Under the pieces are notes generated by a model. It worked only from the letters and a program-made list of their open reading frames with translations, did not search any database and was not told where the DNA came from. Of a stretch of DNA of 54,104 nt, positions 1-8,939 are shown in pieces. Positions within the stretch are counted from its first letter, which is position 1; each line of letters begins with the position of its first letter. Source of the stretch: Alphaproteobacteria bacterium (GTDB lineage Bacteria > Pseudomonadota > Alphaproteobacteria > CAAHEQ01 > UBA3637). The stretch is from contig JAFTEW010000055.1 of NCBI GenBank assembly GCA_017453485.1, forward strand, positions 1 to 54,104. Reading direction: 5' to 3'. The position numbers and the translations under genes are program-made.

Positions 1-87
1 ATAAATCAAGGTTTAAAGTAAACATTTTTTTTCATTTTTTTGAAAATTTTTTATTTTATCGTTTTTGTTAATGATTTCAGAATGTAA

Positions 88-127
88 GAACGGATTTTGT
101 TCCAAATCCGTTCCTTTCGTTTTTCTT
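88..127 (+). terminator. Terminator-like hairpin, probably ending a gene left of the window
   Basis: Perfect 10-bp stem gaacggattt (88-97) / aaatccgttc (104-113) with a 6-nt loop, followed by a T-rich tract (ctttcgttttt). Confidence 0.45.
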
Positions 128-193
128 AATTTTTCAAAATTTCAGGGGGGGGACATAAACGTTGCTTTATGTCCTCTTTAACAACCCCGATGG

Positions 194-402
194 ATATTGA
201 TTTTGCATGTTTATGGATCCTGAAACGAGTTCAGGATGACACAGTGTGGTATGACGGCTACGTCCCCCCTCTGTCATGCCCGACCTGATCGGGCATCCAT
301 AGGAAAAGAAGACACTATGCCTAATGGATCCCCCGTCAAGCGAGGGATGACATATAGATTTTGCGTATCTGATGGATCCTCGCCTACGCAAGGATGACAA
401 AA
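194..402. repeat. Cluster of four 28-29-nt hairpin mini-repeats (MITE/REP-like), consensus ATGGATsC-N13-GGATGACA
   Basis: The units are 213-241, 272-300 (inverted orientation), 324-352 and 372-399. Each is an imperfect palindrome, for example atcctgaa-acgag-ttcaggat. Units 1 and 4 share a longer ~48-bp repeat (194-241 vs 352-399). The 77-aa ORF 167-400(-) simply translates these repeats. Confidence 0.8.
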
Positions 403-464
403 ATCTTATGTGCCTGAGGATATCCGGTTTAATTAAACCCGATAATGACTTTTGAAAACGGATT

Positions 465-917
465 TTACTTTCTTCTTTCCTGAAAAAAACGGGTCATCAG
501 AGAGCCGCATTCATCGGCATGAATACCGCCGGTGATGTTGATTTTATGATGTGTCTGCGGATGCGTAAAAACACATGAGCCTTGGCAAACACCTCCGGTT
601 TTGGGATCGTAGGCCCCAAAGTATAAGTGATCCAATCGCGCCCAGGCAATCGCACCGGCACACATGGTGCAAGGTTCTAATGTCACGAATAAAGAATAGC
701 CGGTTAAGCGTTTAACACCTAATTTTCGGCATGCCGCTTGAATGCAAAGTAATTCGGCATGAGCCAAAGGATCTCGATTCTCTTCTGTCCGGTTGCGGGC
801 CGTTGCGACAACCTCCCCTGTTTGTGTGTGGAACAGGACGGCACCGACCGGTACTTCATCGGCTTGAAATGCCGCTAATGCTTCTTCATAAGCCACCCGA
901 AAGATGTTTTCATTCAT
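465..917 (-). CDS. tadA: tRNA-specific adenosine deaminase
   Basis: 150-aa ORF with the cytidine/deoxycytidylate deaminase zinc motifs HAE (LAHAELLCI) and PCxxC (LEPCTMCAGAI). Confidence 0.93.
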   Translation of the reverse strand: MNENIFRVAYEEALAAFQADEVPVGAVLFHTQTGEVVATARNRTEENRDPLAHAELLCIQAACRKLGVKRLTGYSLFVTLEPCTMCAGAIAWARLDHLYFGAYDPKTGGVCQGSCVFTHPQTHHKINITGGIHADECGSLMTRFFQERRK

Positions 918-960
918 TTTTCACTTCCCTTTTTTGTGTTTTTACGATAATATACCAATT

Positions 961-1674
961 ATGACAGAAAAGAAAGAGCGAATTGCAAAAATAATGGCGG
1001 CTGCCGGGTTATGCTCGCGACGCGAGGCCGAACGCTGGATTTCATCCGGCCGGGTGACGGTAAATGGTCAAACGCTGACAACACCGGCCTGTGTGGTGGG
1101 GGCGGATGATATCGTCACGGTGGATGGGCAACCTCTGGGCGGAAAACAACCGCGGCGCGTTTGGTGCTATCATAAACCCGCCGGTTTAATCACAACGAAT
1201 CGGGATCCGCAGGGTCGGCCGACAATTTTTGATAAACTGCCTCCGACACTGCCGCGGGTTGTCACCGTCGGACGATTGGATTTTAATTCCGAAGGATTAT
1301 TGCTGTTGACAACAGACGGCGGATTGGCACGGGAATTAGAGTTGCCGTCCCGCGGATGGAAGCGTAAATACCGTGTGCGCGTTCATGGGAAAATGACCCC
1401 CGGTATTATTGATAAATTGCAACAGGGTATTCAAGTTGAGGGTGTTCGCTATGCACCTTGCGGAGTTGAGGTAGAACGGGAACAGGGGTCAAATACCTGG
1501 TTGTTGATGACACTAACCGAAGGGAAAAATCGCGAAATTCGTCGCATGATGGATTCTTTTGGGTTGCCGGTCACACGGCTGATTCGGGTATCCTATGGTC
1601 CGTTCCAATTGGGAAATTTAGCGCCGGGAGATGTACGGGAAATTTCGGCCAAAGTATTAAAGGAATTGTTATGA
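961..1674 (+). CDS. rRNA pseudouridine synthase, RsuA/RluB family, with N-terminal S4 domain
   Basis: S4-like N-terminus (RIAKIMAAAGLCSRREAERWI) and the catalytic motif VGRLDFNSEGLLLLTTDG. I chose the ATG at 961 over the ORF-track start at 904, which would add a hydrophobic non-homologous extension overlapping tadA. Confidence 0.88.
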   Translation: MTEKKERIAKIMAAAGLCSRREAERWISSGRVTVNGQTLTTPACVVGADDIVTVDGQPLGGKQPRRVWCYHKPAGLITTNRDPQGRPTIFDKLPPTLPRVVTVGRLDFNSEGLLLLTTDGGLARELELPSRGWKRKYRVRVHGKMTPGIIDKLQQGIQVEGVRYAPCGVEVEREQGSNTWLLMTLTEGKNREIRRMMDSFGLPVTRLIRVSYGPFQLGNLAPGDVREISAKVLKELL

Positions 1675-2225
1675 GAATTATTGCCGGAAATTTACGGGGC
1701 AAGTTGATTAAAGCGCCGGAAGGTAGTAATACGCGGCCGACTTCGGATCGGGCACGGGAAATGGTGTTTAATATATTGACTTCCCTTTTTTTAAAGCAGG
1801 GAAAGTTGTGGCCGGATATCACCTTTGCCGATGTTTTTTCAGGTAGCGGTGCGATGGGTATTGAGGCTTTATCGCGTGGTGCTCGGGAAGTTTTTTGTGT
1901 GGAAAATGAAGCGGTGGCCTTGACCTATTTAAAACAAAATATTCAAGGATTAAGAGATATCCATTTATTGTCACAAAGTGCTTTAACGCCCAACCCCCAT
2001 TCACCGGTATCGGTCTTGTTTATGGATGCCCCCTATGGTCGTGGGTTATGGCAGGCAGCCTTACCGGCTTTTGATGCGGCGGGTTGGATTGATAACCAAA
2101 CATTGATTATAATTGAAACGGATAAAAAGTTAAAAGAAAGTCTGCCGGCAGAATATAGCTTAATCCAAGAGCGTTCGGCCGGTCGGAACACTTTTTTATT
2201 TGCAAAACAGAACAAGGAGTCCTAA
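1671..2225 (+). CDS. rsmD: 16S rRNA (guanine966-N2)-methyltransferase
   Basis: N-terminus MRIIAGNLRGKLIKAPEGSNTRPTSDRAREMVFNIL, a SAM-binding GSGAMGIEALSRGA motif and a D(A)PY motif (FMDAPY). Its start overlaps the upstream stop by 4 nt. Confidence 0.9.
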   Translation: MRIIAGNLRGKLIKAPEGSNTRPTSDRAREMVFNILTSLFLKQGKLWPDITFADVFSGSGAMGIEALSRGAREVFCVENEAVALTYLKQNIQGLRDIHLLSQSALTPNPHSPVSVLFMDAPYGRGLWQAALPAFDAAGWIDNQTLIIIETDKKLKESLPAEYSLIQERSAGRNTFLFAKQNKES

Positions 2226-4205
2226 ATGCAGGAAATGAATTTACGGGAAATGGCAACGGCGCTACGGATTTTGTCCGTAGATATGATTGAACGGGCAAAA
2301 TCCGGACATCCCGGAGCCCCGTTGGGGTTGGCCGATGTTGTGACGGTTTTGTGGTCAAAATTTTTACGCTTTGATGCCGCCGTGCCGGATTGGTTTGATC
2401 GGGATCGATTTGTTCTGTCGGGGGGGCATGCTTCGGCCCTGTTATACAGTCTGTTGCATTTAACGGGTAATCCGGACATAACGATGGATGAAATTAAGCA
2501 ATTTCGGCAACTCGGTTCCAAAACGGCCGGGCATCCGGAAAAAACACTGGTTGATGGGATTGATTTTTCAACGGGACCTTTGGGACAGGGCTTGGCCGGT
2601 GCAGTCGGTATGGCTTTGGCTGAACGAATGATGAATGCCCGTTTCGGCGATAATTTAGTCAATCACAAAACATATGTGACTTGTGGTGATGGTGATTTGA
2701 TGGAAGGAATTTCAGAAGAAGCTATTTCTTTGGCTGGGCACTGGCGGTTAAATCGTCTGATCGTCCTTTGGGATGATAATCATATTACGATTGATGGGCG
2801 AACGGATATTGCCACCAGCACGGATATGAAACAACGTTTTGAAGCCAATCATTGGTTGGTTTTATCATGTGACGGGCATGATTATGAATCGATTGAAAAG
2901 GTTTTAGATCGGGCTCAATTATCCGATCGGCCCGTTTTTATTGATTGTCGAACGATTATTGGATTTGGTGCCCCGACAAAATGTAATTCGCCAAAAGTGC
3001 ACGGTTCACCCCTGGGAGAAGAAGAAGTCCGACAGTTGCGTTTGGCATTGAATTGGCCGTATCCGCCATTTGATATACCCGTTTCTGTTCGTGAAGCCTG
3101 GCAGGCTGTCGGTGCCCGTGGGGAAGGGGATCGTCTGCAATGGGAACAACGGGTGACACATGATGGCAATAAGGAACTGTTTTTTGATTATTTAAGCGGT
3201 CTTATTCCGGCCGATTTAACCGAACGTCTGCGGGATTATAAACAAAAATTAATTACGGAAAAGGAGGCTGTTGCAACCCGTAAGGCTTCTCAAAATGTAT
3301 TGGCTGTCCTGACGGAACAAATTCCGTATTTGATCGGCGGATCGGCTGATTTAGCGGGGGCGTGCTATGTCAAAACACCTTCATCGGATGATATATCCCG
3401 CCAAAATTACAGCGGCAACTATATCAATTATGGTATTCGGGAATTGGCCATGGCCGCAATTATGAACGGATTGGCGGCACATGGCGGCTTTATTCCGTAT
3501 GGCAGCACATTTTTATCTTTTGCCGACTATATTAAGCCGACCCTGCGGTTGGGCGCATTGATGGAATTGCAAGAGTTTTTCGTTCTGACACATGATTCTT
3601 TGGGCGTTGGGGAAGATGGACCGACACACCAACCGATTGAACAACTGGCCATGCTAAGAGCAACTCCAAATGTTTTCGTTTTTCGACCGGCTGACAGTGT
3701 TGAGACCGTAGAATGCTATGAAACGGCTTTGATTTTAAAGAATAATGTATCTGTGATGGCACTATCTCGCCAGGCTCTACCGGTCGTGCGCACGGATGCC
3801 CGGGATAATTTATCGGCTCGGGGCGGATATGTTTTGGCCGATACACTGGCTGATCGTCAGGTGACATTGATAGCAACCGGCTCAGAAGTATCATTGGCTT
3901 TGGCGGCAAAAGAGGCTTTGGAAAAAGAAGGAATTGATGCAGCGGTTGTTTCAATGCCTTGTGTGGAATTGTTTGAACAGCAGCCGGTTTCGTATCGGGA
4001 CAATGTTTTGGGAACGGCACCGCGTGTGATCATTGAAGCTGCCTCTACCTGGGGTTGGGATCGCTTTTTATCTGGGGTAAGCGGGGCCGTCATTGGCATA
4101 GATACTTTTGGAGCTTCGGGTAAGGGAAGCGACGTTTTGGCACACTTCGGCTTTACGGTTGAACATATTGTCGAAACAGTCAAAAAAATACGCCAAGGAT
4201 CATAA
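2226..4205 (+). CDS. tkt: Transketolase
   Basis: 659-aa ORF with the N-terminal SGHPGAPLG motif, the TPP-binding GDGDLMEG motif and THDSLGVGEDGPTHQPIE. Confidence 0.96.
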   Translation: MQEMNLREMATALRILSVDMIERAKSGHPGAPLGLADVVTVLWSKFLRFDAAVPDWFDRDRFVLSGGHASALLYSLLHLTGNPDITMDEIKQFRQLGSKTAGHPEKTLVDGIDFSTGPLGQGLAGAVGMALAERMMNARFGDNLVNHKTYVTCGDGDLMEGISEEAISLAGHWRLNRLIVLWDDNHITIDGRTDIATSTDMKQRFEANHWLVLSCDGHDYESIEKVLDRAQLSDRPVFIDCRTIIGFGAPTKCNSPKVHGSPLGEEEVRQLRLALNWPYPPFDIPVSVREAWQAVGARGEGDRLQWEQRVTHDGNKELFFDYLSGLIPADLTERLRDYKQKLITEKEAVATRKASQNVLAVLTEQIPYLIGGSADLAGACYVKTPSSDDISRQNYSGNYINYGIRELAMAAIMNGLAAHGGFIPYGSTFLSFADYIKPTLRLGALMELQEFFVLTHDSLGVGEDGPTHQPIEQLAMLRATPNVFVFRPADSVETVECYETALILKNNVSVMALSRQALPVVRTDARDNLSARGGYVLADTLADRQVTLIATGSEVSLALAAKEALEKEGIDAAVVSMPCVELFEQQPVSYRDNVLGTAPRVIIEAASTWGWDRFLSGVSGAVIGIDTFGASGKGSDVLAHFGFTVEHIVETVKKIRQGS

Positions 4206-4269
4206 AACCACATAAAAAACTTGACGATGAAATGCTTTCGGGTTATGATAATTTCCAGAAAGGGAAACA

Positions 4270-6534
4270 ATGTCCGAAAGCATACGACATGACAAAATTT
4301 CTGTGCGTCAAATCATGCGTGATTTGCGGGAATTAAGCGTCCGTGATTTGACACCCGAAGCTCGGTTGGATAAAATTGTGGCTTTAGTGGCTCGTAAAAT
4401 GCGGGTGGATGTTTGTTCGTGCTATATTGCTCGACCGGGAGATATTCTTGAATTGTGTGCGACTTTCGGATTGGATAAGCGGGCTGTCCATGAAACCTTT
4501 TTGCGGGTCGGGGAAGGCTTGGTCGGTGAAATTGCTCTGCAAAGAAAACCGTTGATGTTTGAAGATGCTTGGGCCCACAGCAGTTTTGTCTATAAACCTG
4601 AAACAAAGGAAAAGGCCTTTAAGTCATTAGCGGGTGTTCCACTCATTCGATCCAATAAATTGCTAGGGGTTTTGGCCGTTCAGACACGTAAAAAGCAACC
4701 TTTTTCCGATGAGGTAATTGAGATTTTAGAAACCATCGGATTGGTGGTAGCAGAAATGTTATCCAGCCATTTATTCAAAAAGGCAGAAACGGTTCTGGCG
4801 CAGACAACAGGTCGGCAAAAAATTGAAGGAACGGGACTAATCTCCGGTTTTGCCGTAGGGCGCGCCGTCATCCATAAGCGTTTGGAACAACCGGTTCAGC
4901 TGTTAGCCAAAGATACACAAAAAGAGGTACAACGATTACTGCAAGCCTTATCACAGGTAGAACAGGAAGTAAATAAAATATTGGCAACTTCCCATATGAC
5001 GGGAAGTCAATCCGATATTTTTGAAACTTATCTGATGTTTATTAAAGATAAGGGATGGATTGCCAAAATGACCAAGGCGATTGAAACGGGATTGACAGCC
5101 GAAGCCGCCGTTCAAAAAGTCGGTGAGGAAGTGACGGATCGGATGGAATTGATGACGGATCCCTATATCAAAGAACGGATTCATGATTTACAGGATTTGG
5201 TCAGTCGTGTCATGCGCCATTTGCATCGGCGGGCAAAAAAAGCAAAACATGGTCGAAAAATGCCGCATAACACCATTTTGGTGGCGCAAAGTATGGGGCC
5301 GGCCGAATTGATGGACTACGACCTGAAAAAAATCAAAGGGATTGTTTTAGAAGAGGGATCCCAAACCATGCACATGGTCATTGTGACGCGTTCTATGAAT
5401 ATTCCCTTGATTTGTGGTATTAAGAACGTGACTGAGATTATATCCAACGGCGATTCAATTGCATTGGACGCAACAAATGGGAATGTTTATTTGAATCCGT
5501 CGGATGATACATTGGATTTATTAAGCGAACAAGCCAATCGTCAGCGGCGGTTGCGGGCAAAATATACGCAGATGAAGGATTTGCCGGCAATTACCCTGGA
5601 TGAGGTTCCTGTTTCTTTGAACATCAATGCAGGATTGTCCCAAGATTTGACCGCCGGTAATTTACCGTATGACGGTATTGGTCTGTATCGGACGGAATTA
5701 CCGTTCATGTTGACGGAGCAATTGCCGAATGCCAAAACCCAAACGGATATTTATCGTCGTGTTTTGATTCAGGCCAAGGATAAGCCCGTTATTTTTAGAA
5801 CATTGGATATCGGTTCGGATAAGGTTCTTCCCTATTTCCGGCATCAAGCCGAAGAAAATCCGGCTATGGGCTGGCGTTCCATTCGGATGACATTAGATCG
5901 GCGAGCTCTGCTTCGAAATCAATTGCGGGCATTTCTGCGGGCGGCGGCTGGTCGGGATTTGTCCATCATGTTTCCGATGATTGCGACCGTGCCGGAATTT
6001 CGGGAAGCAAAAAAGACTCTTATGATGGAAATTGAACAGGAACAAGCCCGGGGTGGCCGATTGCCGAAATCCATTCGGATAGGCTCTATGTTAGAGGTTC
6101 CATCACTGATTTTTCAACTGGAAACTTTATTGCCCGAGGTTGACTTTATTTCCATCGGAACGAATGACTTGACACAGTTTTTATACGCATCGGATCGGGG
6201 AAATCCGACGATTTGGAATCGGTATGATCCTCTATCACCGGCATTTTTGCGGGTTCTGAAATATGTTGTTGAAATATGCCGAAAGGCCCATGTACCCTGT
6301 TCCGTTTGCGGAGAAATGGCCGGTCGCCCGTTAGAGGCTATGACTTTAATCGGCTTAGGGTATCAATCTTTATCAATGAATCCGACGTCTTTGGGGGCGG
6401 TTAAGGCTATGGTACGATCGGTTAATCAACGGGAACTGTCGGATTATTTAAATCAACAATTGTCGCTATCGGTGGATAGTTTGCGTGAACAACTGCGAAT
6501 TTTTGCGTTGGATCACGGTATTTTTATCGGGTAA
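4270..6534 (+). CDS. ptsP: Phosphoenolpyruvate-protein phosphotransferase, EI-Ntr type with N-terminal GAF domain
   Basis: 754 aa with a GAF-like N-terminus, an EI phospho-His region (EEGSQTMHMVIVTRSMNIPLICG) and a PEP-utilising C-terminal barrel (IGTNDLTQF, CGEMAG). Confidence 0.9.
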   Translation: MSESIRHDKISVRQIMRDLRELSVRDLTPEARLDKIVALVARKMRVDVCSCYIARPGDILELCATFGLDKRAVHETFLRVGEGLVGEIALQRKPLMFEDAWAHSSFVYKPETKEKAFKSLAGVPLIRSNKLLGVLAVQTRKKQPFSDEVIEILETIGLVVAEMLSSHLFKKAETVLAQTTGRQKIEGTGLISGFAVGRAVIHKRLEQPVQLLAKDTQKEVQRLLQALSQVEQEVNKILATSHMTGSQSDIFETYLMFIKDKGWIAKMTKAIETGLTAEAAVQKVGEEVTDRMELMTDPYIKERIHDLQDLVSRVMRHLHRRAKKAKHGRKMPHNTILVAQSMGPAELMDYDLKKIKGIVLEEGSQTMHMVIVTRSMNIPLICGIKNVTEIISNGDSIALDATNGNVYLNPSDDTLDLLSEQANRQRRLRAKYTQMKDLPAITLDEVPVSLNINAGLSQDLTAGNLPYDGIGLYRTELPFMLTEQLPNAKTQTDIYRRVLIQAKDKPVIFRTLDIGSDKVLPYFRHQAEENPAMGWRSIRMTLDRRALLRNQLRAFLRAAAGRDLSIMFPMIATVPEFREAKKTLMMEIEQEQARGGRLPKSIRIGSMLEVPSLIFQLETLLPEVDFISIGTNDLTQFLYASDRGNPTIWNRYDPLSPAFLRVLKYVVEICRKAHVPCSVCGEMAGRPLEAMTLIGLGYQSLSMNPTSLGAVKAMVRSVNQRELSDYLNQQLSLSVDSLREQLRIFALDHGIFIG

Positions 6535-6544
6535 AGGAAGTCAA

Positions 6545-7282
6545 ATGAAAACAAAAGCAATTATTTTAGGGGCCGGTATGGGAACACGAATGGGATCAAA
6601 TCTGCCCAAGGTTTTGCATCCGATTTGCGGTGTGCCGATGATACAAATCTTGCTGAAAAGTGTTCAAGCAGCCGATATTCGGGATATAACGGTTGTTATT
6701 GGCCCGAATATGGAAAATGTTGCCCAGGCCGTCGCACCATTTAAAACCGTTGTGCAACGGGAACGGCTGGGTACAGCACATGCCGTTTTAGCTGCCGAGC
6801 AGGAATTAGCCCCCTTTGACGGGTGTGTTTTGGTCTTATTTGGGGATAGCCCGCTGATTTTGCCGGAAACATTAAAGAATATGATTCAAGAATATCAAAA
6901 AGGTTCCGATGTTGTCGTATTAGGTTTTATCCCCAAAGACGCCCGACGCTATGGACGTTTGATTATGGGTGAAAACGGGTTGGACCGAATCGTGGAATAC
7001 AAAGATGCAACCGATCCGGAACGAGCCATTCAATTATGCAATTCCGGTGTTATGTGTTTAAACGGAAAAAATGTCTTATCCCTATTGAAACAAATCAACA
7101 ACAACAATGCGGCCGGCGAATATTATTTGACCGATATTGTCGCCGTTGCCCGGCAACAGGGCCTGAAATGTGATGTGGTCATTGGAAATGTGGATGAATT
7201 GCATGGAGTCAATACGCCGGATGAGTTGGAAACGGCTCAGGAAATTTATATGCATCGTCAGGAACAAACAGCCATATCATAG
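6545..7282 (+). CDS. GlmU-like UDP-N-acetylglucosamine pyrophosphorylase, uridyltransferase domain only
   Basis: MKTKAIILGAGMGTRMGSNLPKVLH..., LGTAHAV, FGDSPLI and NNAAGEYYLTDI align by eye with the GlmU N-terminal domain through its end (GVNTPDELETAQ). The ORF stops at 245 aa, so no left-handed beta-helix acetyltransferase domain is present. The ATG at 6545 follows aaggaag. Confidence 0.8.
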   Translation: MKTKAIILGAGMGTRMGSNLPKVLHPICGVPMIQILLKSVQAADIRDITVVIGPNMENVAQAVAPFKTVVQRERLGTAHAVLAAEQELAPFDGCVLVLFGDSPLILPETLKNMIQEYQKGSDVVVLGFIPKDARRYGRLIMGENGLDRIVEYKDATDPERAIQLCNSGVMCLNGKNVLSLLKQINNNNAAGEYYLTDIVAVARQQGLKCDVVIGNVDELHGVNTPDELETAQEIYMHRQEQTAIS

Positions 7283-7337
7283 GCCGGATTTGATTTCTGA
7301 TATATCGGTATCAGCCGGGAAGATTGTTCCCGAACGG

Positions 7338-7682
7338 ATGTCCGTCCCCATGCGTATGGCCCAGGCCCGGGTGCGGGAACGACCGAAAATAGCCCGGTTG
7401 TCTTGGTTGGATCGTATTAGAACCCGTTTTCGGCAGCGGCAAAATGATATATCCTATCAATATTTTTTATTTAATTTGAAATGGTATGGATATCGCATTT
7501 TGGCCTTTTTAGGAATCGGATTAATTATTGTTTTGATAGCGGAATGTTTATTTTGGCTTTGGATATGGCAATTACCATCGGATCGGTTTAATCGATTGAC
7601 GGCTTGCTTGGATGCCGGTGTTGTCCCGTCCCTTCGGGAGCGGACTGTCTATCATTTGGCTTGTTTGTGGGGTAGTTTGTAA
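7338..7682 (+). CDS. Hypothetical small membrane protein
   Basis: Part of ORF 7170-7682. One clear hydrophobic helix (YRILAFLGIGLIIVLIAECLFWLWIW). The start is uncertain and no homology was recognised. Confidence 0.3.
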   Translation: MSVPMRMAQARVRERPKIARLSWLDRIRTRFRQRQNDISYQYFLFNLKWYGYRILAFLGIGLIIVLIAECLFWLWIWQLPSDRFNRLTACLDAGVVPSLRERTVYHLACLWGSL

Positions 7683-7692
7683 AGGAGGAATC

Positions 7693-8592
7693 ATGGAAAC
7701 AACTTTATTAGCCGATATCGGCGGAACGAATATTCGCTTTGGGTTGTTAAGGAAGGGACAGGTGACACATCTGTCTGTTTACCCGCATGATTTGGGGCTT
7801 AGCGCCGAAGAAGCAGTCCGGCAGTATCTGTCTAAAACAAGAAGTCATCCGGATTGCTTTGTGGCGGGGGCGGCCGGTATCCTGGAAAAATCTGGTCAAA
7901 TTATGTTAACAAATCGGGATTTTGTTTTCAATTTGCCGGCTCTTTGTCAAACTTTCGAATTTAAGCAGGGATTATTGTCGAATGATATGTCTTTTCATGC
8001 GCTGGCTATGGCGGATAAGCCGGATACGAAGCGGGCTTGCGTCATATTTGTCGGAACAGGATTGGGAGTGGCCTATATTTATGATGGCCTTGTCCATCCG
8101 ACCGAAGACGGACATCGAAAAATCTATCGACCGAATCAAGAGGAGAAGGCTTTAAATGCTATGGTTTGGGAGGATATAATCAGCGGCCCCGCTTTTTTAA
8201 AAATTTATCGGGCTATGGAGGGAACCTATAAACCCGTGATGCAATCCCGGGAAGTTTCCTATTTAGCGCATAATGTTAAAGATAAAAATGCGATTTTGAC
8301 CTATCAGATTATTGCCCGAACATTGGCTAAATTTTGTGCCCATACGGCGCAGACGAAAAAAGTCTCTGTCTTTTATCTGGGAGGGCAGGCAGTTGAAATT
8401 TTGCGTTTGCCGATCGGTCAGGAAACATTTTTTCAAGGATTGGGTAAGTGGGCCGATGTATTGGGCATACGTATTATTCGCCCCAGTGAGCAATCGGCTA
8501 TGACGGGTCTGTCTATGGTGGCTGAGGAACTGCGGCAAACCGGAACAACCACCCGTTTGGCGCCTAAGTCATTCTATGTTTGGCGGGGATAA
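7693..8592 (+). CDS. glk: Glucokinase
   Basis: The ATG at 7693 is preceded by aaaggagg. The N-terminal ATP-binding motif LLADIGGTNIRFGLL is typical of Glk, and the ~300-aa length fits. Confidence 0.82.
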   Translation: METTLLADIGGTNIRFGLLRKGQVTHLSVYPHDLGLSAEEAVRQYLSKTRSHPDCFVAGAAGILEKSGQIMLTNRDFVFNLPALCQTFEFKQGLLSNDMSFHALAMADKPDTKRACVIFVGTGLGVAYIYDGLVHPTEDGHRKIYRPNQEEKALNAMVWEDIISGPAFLKIYRAMEGTYKPVMQSREVSYLAHNVKDKNAILTYQIIARTLAKFCAHTAQTKKVSVFYLGGQAVEILRLPIGQETFFQGLGKWADVLGIRIIRPSEQSAMTGLSMVAEELRQTGTTTRLAPKSFYVWRG

Positions 8593-8939
8593 AAGTCGGA
8601 CAGATGTTTTTAACTTTCGTTTAGTGATAAACATTACATATCGGGGGCGGCAAAAATGCCCCCCTTATTTATGCTGTTATTATATTCTTGCAATTCAATA
8701 ACATCTATGTTAAAACTCTTTTCAGGCGGAGTAGCGCCCGTCTGATGGTGTCAGAAGCCATACCAAAAGTGCTATGTATAAAGCAGTATTTATACGCTGT
8801 GCAACCTGTCCAAGGTTGGATGGCGGCAAAATAAAAACCGTTGTGCGGGCAAATATGTCGCACTACTTCTTTTGGTGTAGTTCTGAACATCCAGCCACTT
8901 ATGCGCTAAAGTGGCATTTATTTTAAAAGGAACGACAGA

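Noticed and set aside
167-400. 77-aa ORF on the minus strand
   Set aside because: It lies entirely over the hairpin mini-repeat cluster. Its sequence is a concatenation of repeat-derived peptides and it has no RBS.
904-960. N-terminal extensions offered by the ORF track (904, 6485, 7612, 10968, 13005, 14998, 21158, 28940, 42133, 44971, 52282)
   Set aside because: In each case an internal ATG with an RBS and/or the start of family homology gives a better model. The extensions overlap upstream genes or read as hydrophobic nonsense.
2222-4270. Several 60-160-aa ORFs antisense to or out of frame with transketolase (2222-2662, 2915-3169, 3532-4020, 3857-4270)
   Set aside because: They lie within an unambiguous 659-aa tkt gene and show no independent signals.
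7283-7337. Possible remnant of the GlmU acetyltransferase domain just after the stop (in-frame AGFDF*, compare GlmU ..LAGV.. / ..ARFDL..)
   Set aside because: The match is only 4-5 residues and is followed immediately by further stops. No hexapeptide repeats follow, so this is too weak to call a pseudogene fragment.
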